Part shown: piece after piece, positions 9,606 through 19,426 of the stretch
Position numbering within the stretch: the stretch's first letter is position 1
Layout: every line of letters begins with the position of its first letter
IMG/VR virus record: IMGVR_UViG_3300042294_002813
Location: 9,161 to 73,160 of that record
DNA length: 64,000 bases
Origin: a virus
Reading direction: 5' to 3' (one strand)
Program-made: the position numbers and the translations under genes
The notes under the pieces: model-generated
Told to the model about the DNA's origin: nothing
Seen by the model: the letters and a program-made list of their open reading frames with translations, nothing else
Database searches by the model: none

Positions 9606-10253
9606 TTAAAGTTTTGAAAGAAAGTTTTTGAATTGGCGTAGTGCGACATCTTCAAAATCTCGTCTACTTGCCTCATTCAAAGCTTTTTTTGCATGATCAT
9701 AGTCAACTTCTTTCCATTGACCATTATCAATTACCCATTCCTTGCCTTCCATGATGCCTCTTACAAATGCATCTGGAGCTGATGGATCTGCAACAATGTC
9801 TGCTGCTGTAGCCAGATAAAAATCATCTTGTACCATATTCACGCCGTTTCTGGCCTTTAGTGAACCTAATCCTCTAGAAGATACACCCAACTTGGCGCCT
9901 TCATCAATCAAATTCTTCACAATTTTTCCATAAGGAGTGTCTAGTATCTTAGCTTTACCCACATAATTCGTGCCTTCTTGTCTCAAATCCTTGATCATGT
10001 GTGATACGCGATCCAAATTGATCGTTGGAGTATCTGGATGACCAAGTTCACCAAATGCACGATTTTGCATGATGTAATTAGAAGTATATCTTTGTACTTC
10101 TCTTTGTAGAATATCCATTGGATATACTCTACCATTTCTATTTTGACGTTCAGCTTGTAGGAATACGCCCTCAATAAAATGTTCTTTTTGACCTGTTGTA
10201 TTTTCTTCGGTCAGATAGCGTACTTCTTCTACAACTTCTTTTATAAGCTTCAT
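9606..10253 (-). CDS. 21: gp21 prohead core protease
   Basis: IEGVFLQAE..NRNGRVYP, GELGHP, GVSSRGLGS, DIVADPSAPDAFV. Confidence 0.97.
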   Translation of the reverse strand: MKLIKEVVEEVRYLTEENTTGQKEHFIEGVFLQAERQNRNGRVYPMDILQREVQRYTSNYIMQNRAFGELGHPDTPTINLDRVSHMIKDLRQEGTNYVGKAKILDTPYGKIVKNLIDEGAKLGVSSRGLGSLKARNGVNMVQDDFYLATAADIVADPSAPDAFVRGIMEGKEWVIDNGQWKEVDYDHAKKALNEASRRDFEDVALRQFKNFLSKL

Positions 10254-10690
10254 CTTATACCTAAAGCCTTTCTTTTCATCATTGAACGTTTGCGCTTCTG
10301 TAGTGCGCGAAATAGTTTAGCACGACGCTTGACTTTTGCACGACGAGCACCCATCTTTCTTGCTCTTTTTTCGGCTTGTGTCATACGAATAAGCTTTCCG
10401 CCGCGTATTGTCATGCCAGGAACAGCAGATCTTTTTACACGACGTTGAACTTTTCCAGCACGAATTCGTGCCTTGATAATCTTGAAGCGACCATTGTTAA
10501 TGACATTACCTTCGTTCATATTCTCAATTTGTTCTGCAAGTTCTGCAATATCATACTTTGCGGCAACAATCTTTTTTGCTTCTACCAATTTTTGCTTCAA
10601 AATTTCTACAAAAGATTCGGAAAGATTTTCGGAAGCTTCATTTAGATTATCTGAAATTATTGAATCGACTAAATTTCTTGTTGATGACAT
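10250..10690 (-). CDS. Prohead core protein (gp68-like, basic C-terminus)
   Basis: Upstream of gp21; Arg/Lys-rich C-terminus typical of T4-like prohead core proteins. Confidence 0.75.
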   Translation of the reverse strand: MSSTRNLVDSIISDNLNEASENLSESFVEILKQKLVEAKKIVAAKYDIAELAEQIENMNEGNVINNGRFKIIKARIRAGKVQRRVKRSAVPGMTIRGGKLIRMTQAEKRARKMGARRAKVKRRAKLFRALQKRKRSMMKRKALGIR

Positions 10691-10693
10691 TAA

Positions 10694-11164
10694 TTAGCTC
10701 CCAAATGATCCGTAGTCGCTTGAATATTTTCTAAAATCTGCGATGATCGTATATGAACAACCTGTAGAAGCAAAATTTATCGTTTGTAGACCAACATTCC
10801 CATTTGCTCCGGCACCAGTTGCATTGTTTGTAATAACAATACCATCGCCACCTTCTGCAAAGTCCATTTGTCCTCGACCTGACAATGTCAACATTGTTTG
10901 ATTTGGTGTGCCAGTCCAATACAACTCAACATAACCATTTCCTGACGCTTGACCTGGAGCAACGTCATAAATCACTTTCTTTAGAGCTAAACGATAAATT
11001 GATTTGCGATCAGTTCCTGATCCAAGAAGCTGATTATTCGCATTTAATGAAAAATTCAATGCACCTGCATCAATTTTTACAACAGCTGCTTCAGCAGTAT
11101 TGCCCGTCCATTTATAAACGACTCTTCTTTCAGAATCAATTAGTTTTTGTGATGTATTTGCCAT
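10694..11164 (-). CDS. Hypothetical virion-associated protein
   Basis: 156-aa beta-rich ORF within the head operon. Confidence 0.7.
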   Translation of the reverse strand: MANTSQKLIDSERRVVYKWTGNTAEAAVVKIDAGALNFSLNANNQLLGSGTDRKSIYRLALKKVIYDVAPGQASGNGYVELYWTGTPNQTMLTLSGRGQMDFAEGGDGIVITNNATGAGANGNVGLQTINFASTGCSYTIIADFRKYSSDYGSFGS

Positions 11165-11167
11165 TTC

Positions 11168-11659
11168 TTATAATCCTGTATGTGCGCCATGAGCAAAGGC
11201 GGCAACTTTTGCAAAACTATTTTTGTCTTTGTTTACCATTCTTTCAATTTTATATTTATTGGTCGTATTTACATTATTATAAAGATTAACGATTGCTTGT
11301 GCAGTCATAGCATCTACTTTCATTGACAAATTATCTTCAAAAGAGACATCTAAAGGTTCACCATTTTCTACTATTTGCATTAATACACCAATGTTACCTC
11401 TTGGTACCCATTCTTCATTGAATTGATTGAATTGGACGATGTCTTTTTTACCAAAATTTGGTCCATGATATGGAATGCTTACATATTGATCAATCTTATC
11501 TGCATAGTATAGAGCAACTCTTTTCCCATCTGGAAAAACGCGAATAGCTTTGCGTTTTAAGATAATGATATTTGGAGGATCAATATAATGATCCTCTTTG
11601 ATCAATGTCTTGTCTTCTTTAGTTATTGATTCGGAAAAAAAGCTTTTGATTGTCTTCAT
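11168..11659 (-). CDS. Putative internal head protein with capsid-targeting-like N-terminus
   Basis: Starts MKTIKSFFSE (T4 capsid-targeting sequence is MKTYQEFIAE); in the head operon. Confidence 0.6.
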   Translation of the reverse strand: MKTIKSFFSESITKEDKTLIKEDHYIDPPNIIILKRKAIRVFPDGKRVALYYADKIDQYVSIPYHGPNFGKKDIVQFNQFNEEWVPRGNIGVLMQIVENGEPLDVSFEDNLSMKVDAMTAQAIVNLYNNVNTTNKYKIERMVNKDKNSFAKVAAFAHGAHTGL

Positions 11660-11667
11660 TTTTATAT

Positions 11668-11826
11668 TTATTTTGCCTGAAAAAACTTTTTAGCTACATC
11701 AGATTTCATATTTTCTAGTGTAGATACTGCTTTTTTTGAAATAATCCCAGATATATCTTCTTTTAAAGAAGCATATTTCTGATTATAGATGTCTTCAACA
11801 ATTTCTTTTTTTACTTGATTGCTCAT
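11668..11826 (-). CDS. Small gp67-like prohead core protein (52 aa, not in ORF track)
   Basis: MSNQVKKEIVEDIYNQKYASLKEDISGIISKKAVSTLENMKSDVAKKFFQAK; paralogous to the N-termini of the two upstream ORFs; AGAGAG upstream. Confidence 0.8.
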   Translation of the reverse strand: MSNQVKKEIVEDIYNQKYASLKEDISGIISKKAVSTLENMKSDVAKKFFQAK

Positions 11827-11839
11827 TTGATTATCTCTC

Positions 11840-12943
11840 TTAGCTTGTAGGTGGTCTTGTAATTCTTCCCTTAGATTCTATAGGGGGTTGTGGTCCAGCA
11901 CCACCTGAAAATGGATTTCCTAATGGCGCACTACCCACTCTTGATCTCCATTGACCTGTTGCTGCGTCACGATTAACAGTAGGTTGTGCGGGATTATAAG
12001 CAGGGTTGCTTGGACTTACATATCGACCAGTTGCTGGGTCTTTATACCATGAACGTTCTCTACGTTGAGTTCCTGTTTCACTTCTTGATGATTGTGAAGA
12101 TGGTGCTTCTTGACTTCTTGGTGCAGGTAAAGCACGAGGTGGTGCAGGTAAAGCGAGAGGGGCTTTAGGTTTTGGTAGTGCAGCAAGTTCAGGTGGCGTT
12201 GATGTTTTGGATTTTGACATCAAACGCTTTAATAAAGAGGCACCTGCTGCCGAAGCCGCAGCTGTCAAGGCATCTGCTGCAGATGCTCCACTGGGTTGAT
12301 TTTCACGCTCTTTTTGTTTAGCTCTATCAGCTTGTCTCCACTGATTTACTCCAGAACCACCTTGTGGCTGAGAGGTGTCAGCTGCTCCAGGCACTGGTCT
12401 TGATGCCGATGCCGGCGCAGGTGCAGGTGCAGCTGGCGCAGGTGCAGGTGCAGGTGCTTGTCTAGGTGCTGGTCTAGAAGGAGCCGCAGGTCTTGGTGCA
12501 GGTGCTGGTGCAGGGGCTACTGGTGGTGTATATCCAGGCTCACTTGGGCCAGCAGAAGTAGAAGGTGCAGAAGGCATTATTAAAGCAGGAGCTTCTATTT
12601 GACTTGGTTGAGTTGGTTTTTTTTGTGAGGCAACATCTCGTGAAGGTGCTTTACCACTAAATTGATCTTTCGCATCTTTTAACCAATCACTAACAGAAGA
12701 ATACTCTTGTCCTGTATGAGTTGATACAGTAGGTGCTGATCTTCCTAGTCTTGCATAATCTAATGTTCGATCCCAAGACTTATCTTCAGAATCACCTTCG
12801 TTCAATGAGAAAAACTTTTTACCAGCATAAACCTTTTTATGCTCTAAAATTGAAATTACTTTTTCAGAAATAACTTTAGATATATCTTCTTTAAGAGAAG
12901 CATAATTTTGATTATAGATGTTTTCTATTATTTCTTTTTTCAT
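11840..12943 (-). CDS. gp67-like N-terminal domain fused to a Pro/Ala-rich disordered region
   Basis: N-terminus KKEIIENIYNQNYASLKEDIS...KKFFSLNE followed by PAPA repeats. Confidence 0.75.
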   Translation of the reverse strand: MKKEIIENIYNQNYASLKEDISKVISEKVISILEHKKVYAGKKFFSLNEGDSEDKSWDRTLDYARLGRSAPTVSTHTGQEYSSVSDWLKDAKDQFSGKAPSRDVASQKKPTQPSQIEAPALIMPSAPSTSAGPSEPGYTPPVAPAPAPAPRPAAPSRPAPRQAPAPAPAPAAPAPAPASASRPVPGAADTSQPQGGSGVNQWRQADRAKQKERENQPSGASAADALTAAASAAGASLLKRLMSKSKTSTPPELAALPKPKAPLALPAPPRALPAPRSQEAPSSQSSRSETGTQRRERSWYKDPATGRYVSPSNPAYNPAQPTVNRDAATGQWRSRVGSAPLGNPFSGGAGPQPPIESKGRITRPPTS

Positions 12944-12954
12944 TTCTAATAACC

Positions 12955-13590
12955 TTAAACATTTCTTCTTGATTGTAAGAATGAATCGACTGCACCCCTT
13001 TCAGCAGCAACACCAACATATGATCTGGTAATTGGTTCTCTGTCTGCTCTATCTGAAGAGCCATGCGATCCAGATGATCTTGAAACTGGCTGTGATGCAT
13101 CTGCCGCATCTGGATGTGCTGATGGCATAGGAATTTGAGGCTGACTTGCTGCTGGAGCAGGTGTTGGTGTTTGTGATGCTGCTGGATTTGGTGATTGTCC
13201 GCCTGATGGTTGTTGTGCTGCAGCTGGTGCAGGTCTCTGTTGTCTACCAGTGCTATATGTTCTTTCTACATTGTCAGCAGCTCTCCATGGAAATGTTGTA
13301 TCACCACGATCTACTGCGTCCGCGAAAGCAGAACGAAAACTTTGTGCTGGATCAGATGGTCTTCTATAAACAGGATAATTTCCACCTCTTGTTTGCACAG
13401 AACCCACTGGATCATTAGGTCCTTCATTGACCATCTTTTTATTGAATAAAGCTTTTGCAGCTTCAATCTTCATATTTTCCAATAAAGATGTAGCTTTTTG
13501 TGAGATTATTGTGGAAAAATCTTCTTTCAAAGAAACAAATCGATTGCCGTAAATGTCCTCGACAATTTTTTTTGTAATTTCTTTGCTCAT
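12955..13590 (-). CDS. gp67-like N-terminal domain fused to a disordered region
   Basis: N-terminus KKIVEDIYGNRFVSLKEDFS...LENMK..AAKALF...MVNE; immediately downstream of the portal gene. Confidence 0.75.
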   Translation of the reverse strand: MSKEITKKIVEDIYGNRFVSLKEDFSTIISQKATSLLENMKIEAAKALFNKKMVNEGPNDPVGSVQTRGGNYPVYRRPSDPAQSFRSAFADAVDRGDTTFPWRAADNVERTYSTGRQQRPAPAAAQQPSGGQSPNPAASQTPTPAPAASQPQIPMPSAHPDAADASQPVSRSSGSHGSSDRADREPITRSYVGVAAERGAVDSFLQSRRNV

Positions 13591-15308
13591 AAAACTTCTC
13601 TTCGATTTTTTATTACTCTTAGTATATTATTTAGATTGGATTTATCCTCAACTTTTAGCTGAGTTTTGACAGCATTATCCAATGCCGACTCTCCAGGATT
13701 GGTTGTATTTTGAAATGCAGTATTGACATCAACTTGTGGTGTAGTCCCATCTGGTTGAGGTGCCAACGGACTCGTTGGCTGCATTTGTTGATCCATTGCT
13801 TGTTGTTGTTCCATGGCCGCTTGTTGTTCAACAGCAATTTGTTGATCAATTTCTTGTATATCATCATCTGTTTGATTCAGAATGTTCTTACGAACCCATA
13901 AAGTAGAGAAATACTTACCAATATAAGGATCTGCAAATTGAAGTACCGTTATACGATTTTGAATCAATTCTGCTTTCTTTAGCTCTTCAAAATTATTGTC
14001 CGTTATAAAATCGTAATAGATATTTTCTTTGAAATAATCCCACTCTTCGACTGTGCAAATTCCCTTCAATGATAGTTGCACACGCAAAGCTTCATCAAAC
14101 AAAGTTGAAAACTTGTTGCGAAGTCTAAACACGAACTTTGAGAACTTCAATTCGTCTCTTGTAATTTCAGACGCTCTACCAATAGAGAAACCTTGTTGCA
14201 TTTCCAAACGAGAAATTGGAATGCCAAGAGACTTGTATAGCTTGCGTTCAAAGTACTTGACATCTTCCATTTCGCCAAGATTTTGACCACCTGGAAGAGT
14301 TTGAATTTCTGTACCTTTACCACCTTCACGGCGAGGTAGCCAAAAGTCTTCAAGCATTGATAGATGCTTGCGATCATCTCTGATTTCGCCTGTACTTGAG
14401 TCATACACAAGCTTGTTACGATACTTGACCATGATGTCGCGAAGATATTGTTCAGCCTTGACCTTAGGCAAGTTGCCTACGTCGATGTAGAACACGCGAC
14501 GTTCTGGTGCGCGAGATAAACGATAAATGACAGTTGCGTCTTCGACCATACGTAACTGGTTTAGTGGCTTGATGGCCTTGTGCAAATATGATAGAACCAT
14601 TGCACGACGAGAATCCATCAAACCAGAATTTACGTTGACGATTGCATCTGGTGCAATTCTCATACCAAGATTTGAATGTGCGCCAATAATACCACGTTCA
14701 TTATAGAGATAGTATTCGCGAGCCGTCTTGATGATATCGCCGCCTGTTGCAGGATCTTTCATTTTTTGAATTTCACGAACTTTACGAATACGTCTTGGAT
14801 CAATGTATCTTAGTTCCTTGATACCATCTCTTGGTCTAGTTTCATCAATGACGACATGGTAGAACATTCTTCCGTCAATGTACCAACGACGAAATAGTTC
14901 TGAACCCATATTACCAAAGTTCAACATTCTAAGAATATTTTCAAATTCTTCGCGAATTCTCTTTTTTATAGTATCGGATACTTTTAGATCATCAATATTG
15001 ATTGTTAGAGGTTCTTCGTGACCCTGCATGACGATTGCTTCATTGACGATGTCATCAATTGCAGTTTCAAGTTCTGGCTGCATTGCCATTTCACGATAGC
15101 GTGTGATGAGTTCGATTTCGTTACGAACAACACCTTCCAAATCGACATAGGTGCCAAAATACGCCCCTGTCTGAAGCGTAACGGCACCGTCGTCATTTTG
15201 AGGAAGAGCAAAAGACTTTTCTGTTATGTTAGAAATGTCTTTTGGCTCTTCCTGTTTCTTGGTCTTTTCGTTTGTTATTTGAAACCCAAATAACTTCCAA
15301 TTAGCCAT
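13587..15308 (-). CDS. 20: gp20 portal vertex protein
   Basis: LFGF, WYIDGR, LSYLHKAIKPLNQLRMVEDA.VIYR, MLEDFWLPRREGGKGTEI.TLPGG. Confidence 0.98.
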   Translation of the reverse strand: MANWKLFGFQITNEKTKKQEEPKDISNITEKSFALPQNDDGAVTLQTGAYFGTYVDLEGVVRNEIELITRYREMAMQPELETAIDDIVNEAIVMQGHEEPLTINIDDLKVSDTIKKRIREEFENILRMLNFGNMGSELFRRWYIDGRMFYHVVIDETRPRDGIKELRYIDPRRIRKVREIQKMKDPATGGDIIKTAREYYLYNERGIIGAHSNLGMRIAPDAIVNVNSGLMDSRRAMVLSYLHKAIKPLNQLRMVEDATVIYRLSRAPERRVFYIDVGNLPKVKAEQYLRDIMVKYRNKLVYDSSTGEIRDDRKHLSMLEDFWLPRREGGKGTEIQTLPGGQNLGEMEDVKYFERKLYKSLGIPISRLEMQQGFSIGRASEITRDELKFSKFVFRLRNKFSTLFDEALRVQLSLKGICTVEEWDYFKENIYYDFITDNNFEELKKAELIQNRITVLQFADPYIGKYFSTLWVRKNILNQTDDDIQEIDQQIAVEQQAAMEQQQAMDQQMQPTSPLAPQPDGTTPQVDVNTAFQNTTNPGESALDNAVKTQLKVEDKSNLNNILRVIKNRREVL

Positions 15309-15352
15309 TTACTTTTCCCTTCAAAAATATCATGATATAAGATGCAAAAAAA

Positions 15353-15904
15353 TTATGCTCTACCGTCAGTAGTATCTGACAACCAGTACTGATATTGGAA
15401 TGTTACTGCGAATTCTTCAATTGTATCGTTTGCACCCCAATCAAGATCGATTGGTGAAACGTCAATTGGGAACATTCCTACAAACTTGTATGTTTTGATA
15501 GGAAATCCAGTTTTTCCAAATTGTCTAACAGTTGCTTGTACTGAATAGTTTCTTGAATTCACAAAAGTTGGTGATCTTCTATTTGATTCGTGCTGATTGA
15601 TAGCACTTAGCCATCTTTCAAATGAGTTCTTGACTAGAAAATCTTCATCATTGATTACCGTAACTGCCCAATCAGGAAACACTCTATTTCCTGCAAACTT
15701 TACTTCACGACCAAAGTATGGTACAACTACTGAACCAATTGATGATCCAGGTAGCTGCGCAGTTCTGCACATGAACGTGAATTCACGACTAAAACCAGCA
15801 GCTCCAAGAATACCAGCAGGAAGGGTCAAGCTTACATCGAACAGATTTGGTCTTGCCCCATCATAATTCATTGCTGTGCGAAATTCTTGAATATTAAAAG
15901 GCAT
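15353..15904 (-). CDS. 19: gp19 tail tube protein
   Basis: GARPNLF, FMCRTAQLPGS, GREVKFAGNRVF..W.VTVINDEDF, IEEFAVTFQYQYW. Confidence 0.95.
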   Translation of the reverse strand: MPFNIQEFRTAMNYDGARPNLFDVSLTLPAGILGAAGFSREFTFMCRTAQLPGSSIGSVVVPYFGREVKFAGNRVFPDWAVTVINDEDFLVKNSFERWLSAINQHESNRRSPTFVNSRNYSVQATVRQFGKTGFPIKTYKFVGMFPIDVSPIDLDWGANDTIEEFAVTFQYQYWLSDTTDGRA

Positions 15905-15934
15905 CTAAAATACTCCCGTTTTATTTTCTATTTA

Positions 15935-17686
15935 TTAGAATCTTCCAACTATTTCTTCAAATGCTACGCCAGTTCTAACAGCAACGAAGTTCAATTGAAT
16001 GAAGTTGATTGATCGTGCAGGCTTGATGTAAATGTCACCAATAAATTCATTACGATCAATAACTTCTGGAGTATTGTTTGTTTCGTCGCAAACAACTCTA
16101 AAATCATAAATTCCACGAAGACCTTGTACGTCTCTCAAGAATGGTTCAACTAGAGAGACAAATTGTGAACGTGTAAATTCATCGTTGAATTCAAATAGAG
16201 AATACTTTGCTGCTGTAGCAATTGCTTTCTCAAGAACAATGAATAGACGACGAACGTTAATGCGTTCAAATGCTGAAGGCTTAGTCAACATTGTCTTGTC
16301 ACCAAACAATACCGTTCCTTCACCAGGGAACGCAACAACAGGATTTACGCCAATCTTATACAAATCATCACGATTTGTCTTGTTTGGATTCCAAGAAAGC
16401 TTTACGACATTTTTGATCTGACCGCGGTTTAATCCTGCTGGAGAGAACCAAGGATCATTTGTGGTGTCAGTACGAGCGCATAGTCCTGCAATATCTGCAT
16501 TTAGAGGGATCCAACGATACACGTTGTTGTACTTGTCGAACATGTACTTCCAACCGGAATCAAATACTGCATAAGAAGATGAACGAAAGATGTTTGTGTT
16601 CTTTTGTGTGGTAATTGCAGTTACTTCGCTACCCGGATTATTGACCACATTAGCTGAAGATGGAGACAAGAATGCAACGCAGTCTTTTCTATATTCAGCG
16701 ACATTGTCGATGATATATTGTGCTACGGTTCCGCTTGCATCACCAGTAATCAACAATGAAACATCAACTGAATCGCCGTCTTTTAGTTTATCCCAAGAAA
16801 CTTGCTTATTTGCATCAGTTGCTGAAGCATATACGCCACCAGATAGCGTTGTTCCATTTGCTACTCCAGATGACAATCCACCAACACCAACATATGTTAC
16901 GCCGCTTGTTGCGACTGTTCCCCAATTTGTTGTGTTAGCAGGATGTGATAGCCAACGAATCCAGTTTGATTGAGAAGCCAGAACATCACCGTAGAAGTTT
17001 GGTGAACCGTCCCAGTTTTTAGCGTCAGATGCGACTGATAGATTTTTCCAAGTTTCTAGAACTGCACCAGCAGCATTTGTACCCGCTGGGGTTCCGCCCG
17101 TTGCGATTTGACCTGTTGCGTCAATGACAACAACGTGAATTTCGTCGTTTGCTGCTCCTTTTGAAGCAGCATATTGTGATGTGCCGGGTGCAGCATCAAA
17201 GAATGAGTTATATGCCCAAGATGAGAATAGAGATGCATTTCCTGCTGGGCAGTATGCTACTTTGATTGAGTTTCCTAGGGCACCCGGATGTGTTGCGGCA
17301 ACGCCAATGAAATTGGTATTACCCCAGCCACTATTTGCTGTAGTTGTTGCTCTGTATGTATTGAACCACTGATCGTTGTTTTCGATCAATACACCAGTTC
17401 CGTTTGCTGTAGCATTTTTTGAGCTAGAATTGATTGCGCGAACAACTTTCAAGTTGTTGCCATATGCCAAGAAGCTTGCAGCAGAAAAGAATGAAATAGC
17501 TGAATTATTTGTTGGCTTGCCAAAAATGTTGACAAGGGTGTTTTCACTATCAAGGGTTATGATCGTATTGGCAGGACCCCATTCGAAATCACCCACAAAA
17601 CCGCCGTTTGTAGTAGAGACGGCAGGAATTATAGTAGTTAGGTCAATTTCAGTAGTAACTACGCCCGGACTCAATTGAAATGCCAT
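15935..17686 (-). CDS. 18: gp18 tail sheath protein
   Basis: QLSPGV, WFSPAGLNRG, FGDKT, RINVRRLF, IYIKPARSINFI. Confidence 0.98.
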   Translation of the reverse strand: MAFQLSPGVVTTEIDLTTIIPAVSTTNGGFVGDFEWGPANTIITLDSENTLVNIFGKPTNNSAISFFSAASFLAYGNNLKVVRAINSSSKNATANGTGVLIENNDQWFNTYRATTTANSGWGNTNFIGVAATHPGALGNSIKVAYCPAGNASLFSSWAYNSFFDAAPGTSQYAASKGAANDEIHVVVIDATGQIATGGTPAGTNAAGAVLETWKNLSVASDAKNWDGSPNFYGDVLASQSNWIRWLSHPANTTNWGTVATSGVTYVGVGGLSSGVANGTTLSGGVYASATDANKQVSWDKLKDGDSVDVSLLITGDASGTVAQYIIDNVAEYRKDCVAFLSPSSANVVNNPGSEVTAITTQKNTNIFRSSSYAVFDSGWKYMFDKYNNVYRWIPLNADIAGLCARTDTTNDPWFSPAGLNRGQIKNVVKLSWNPNKTNRDDLYKIGVNPVVAFPGEGTVLFGDKTMLTKPSAFERINVRRLFIVLEKAIATAAKYSLFEFNDEFTRSQFVSLVEPFLRDVQGLRGIYDFRVVCDETNNTPEVIDRNEFIGDIYIKPARSINFIQLNFVAVRTGVAFEEIVGRF

Positions 17687-17731
17687 TGTTTACTCCTTTC
17701 AGAAGTAGAGATCTTTGATGCTTGTATCAAA

Positions 17732-17739
17732 TATTTATA
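17732..17739 (-). promoter_or_regulatory. T4-type late promoter TATAAATA for gp18
   Basis: Exact consensus in the gp17-gp18 intergenic region. Confidence 0.8.
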
Positions 17740-17752
17740 GAAATTGCAGTTT

Positions 17753-19426
17753 TCACCAGCGACCTCTCCAATCATAGTCATAACTATCTAATGGCGCTTT
17801 TAATCGTCTGTCCTCAACCCATAATCTTTCTTGTCTGTCAATATTATCCATCAAATCTATGCGATCTAAACCATCATCTACCACACCAAAGGGGACAATG
17901 TCCTCTTGTGATATATTTAGTTGTTCTTTTTGAAGCACTGTGCGAATGTCTCCGCTTAAAGACTCTCTAAAGTTTCTTTGAGCTATAAACCAAGCAAAAA
18001 GCACTAGAGTCATAGCTAAATCGTCATGACTACCTTCTTCCGCAGCAAAAGATTCGCGAGTTGCAACAAAAGTCATCAATTCCATGATGGTATCTGAATC
18101 CATGATTAGCAACTTATCACTTTCAATCAATGTTTTCAAGTTTGAGCAACCAATTCTCTTTGTAGCCACAGATGTCTTGACACCAAACTGTATCTTTTTT
18201 GTGTGACCAAATGACATTTGTTGACCTTGTCGAGGCTTGATTTGTATCTTGACAAGATTATCATATTCAAGTTCATGATGTATGATATCAGCTATTTGCT
18301 GACCAATATCATTGATTTCTACAAGCACATAGGCATTGTTATAAGCAGTTCCGGCATTGAAAACTAAAGTTGGAAATAGTAGAGGAGATATCTCTTTATC
18401 CCTAAACTTTGCTACTTGTTTATAGGGAACAGTTGTAACATCTATGACCGAAAAGGCAGAATAATCCAGACCTTGACCTCTAGCCACATCGACGGTAACG
18501 ACATATGTATGATCTTTTTGCGGTTCTTCAATAATATCCAATTTGCCATCTTGACGAACAGGATTGTTGAACACAAGCGTCTTGAGCTTTGCTCCAGATA
18601 TCAATGTATGAGAAGAGCCGACAAATTCAGTTTCAAACTCGACCCTAAACTGATCAACTGATGTGTTTCTTATCGTTTCTTCTTTCCATCTTTCATCACG
18701 ACCTGGAACTTCGGACCAATGAACTTCAATCGGCACATAATTGCTTCTCTTATTTGTAGCATCTGACCACATACGATAGAAGTGATTCAATCCGTTAGGT
18801 GTAGAAACTACAAGAACCTGAGATGTTTTACCAGAAGAAATCGTAGGATACACAGAATTGAAGAATTGATCGGCTTGATTGTTTGGAACGAATGCGTATT
18901 CGTCAAGGAATAGAATGTTATATGATCCACCACGAACTGCGCTTGATGATGTTGCAGCAGCTAGAACTTTTGATCCGTTTTCTAGTTCAATGTTACCCTT
19001 GTTCCAGGTAACAATTCCTTGTTGCAACCAAATCGGCAGATTTTCATATGCAAGCTGTAGACGACTCAATAGTTCGCGAGCAGTTGATCCTTTATTTGCA
19101 AGCATTGCAACACTTGTGTTATCACGAAATAGAATCTGATGTAAAAGATATGCGATAATCGTTGTAGATTTACCAACCTGACGTGGCATTTTACAAACGA
19201 CGAAACGATTTTTGTGAAATGTTTCAAGCATGTGTTTTTGGAATTTCCACATCTTGAAAGGAACAAGACCTTCATCGACGTTGACAATCTTGATATAGTT
19301 CAATGCAAAGTAAACAGGATCTTCGGAACATCTCACATATTCCTTGACTTGATCTTCAGTCCACTCAATCTTGACGCCTGCGCGCTTAAGATTCGGATTG
19401 GACATATATGCAATAGTATCAGCCAT
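17753..19426 (-). CDS. 17: gp17 terminase large subunit
   Basis: PRQVGKST Walker A, LFLDEYAFV Walker B, VSTPNG, DVARG, HDDL nuclease motif. Confidence 0.98.
   Translation of the reverse strand: MADTIAYMSNPNLKRAGVKIEWTEDQVKEYVRCSEDPVYFALNYIKIVNVDEGLVPFKMWKFQKHMLETFHKNRFVVCKMPRQVGKSTTIIAYLLHQILFRDNTSVAMLANKGSTARELLSRLQLAYENLPIWLQQGIVTWNKGNIELENGSKVLAAATSSSAVRGGSYNILFLDEYAFVPNNQADQFFNSVYPTISSGKTSQVLVVSTPNGLNHFYRMWSDATNKRSNYVPIEVHWSEVPGRDERWKEETIRNTSVDQFRVEFETEFVGSSHTLISGAKLKTLVFNNPVRQDGKLDIIEEPQKDHTYVVTVDVARGQGLDYSAFSVIDVTTVPYKQVAKFRDKEISPLLFPTLVFNAGTAYNNAYVLVEINDIGQQIADIIHHELEYDNLVKIQIKPRQGQQMSFGHTKKIQFGVKTSVATKRIGCSNLKTLIESDKLLIMDSDTIMELMTFVATRESFAAEEGSHDDLAMTLVLFAWFIAQRNFRESLSGDIRTVLQKEQLNISQEDIVPFGVVDDGLDRIDLMDNIDRQERLWVEDRRLKAPLDSYDYDWRGRW

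Noticed and set aside
12375-12602. Plus-strand Gly/Ala ORF resembling a silk-like protein
   Set aside because: Reverse-complement shadow of the Pro/Ala repeats in ORF 11840-12943.
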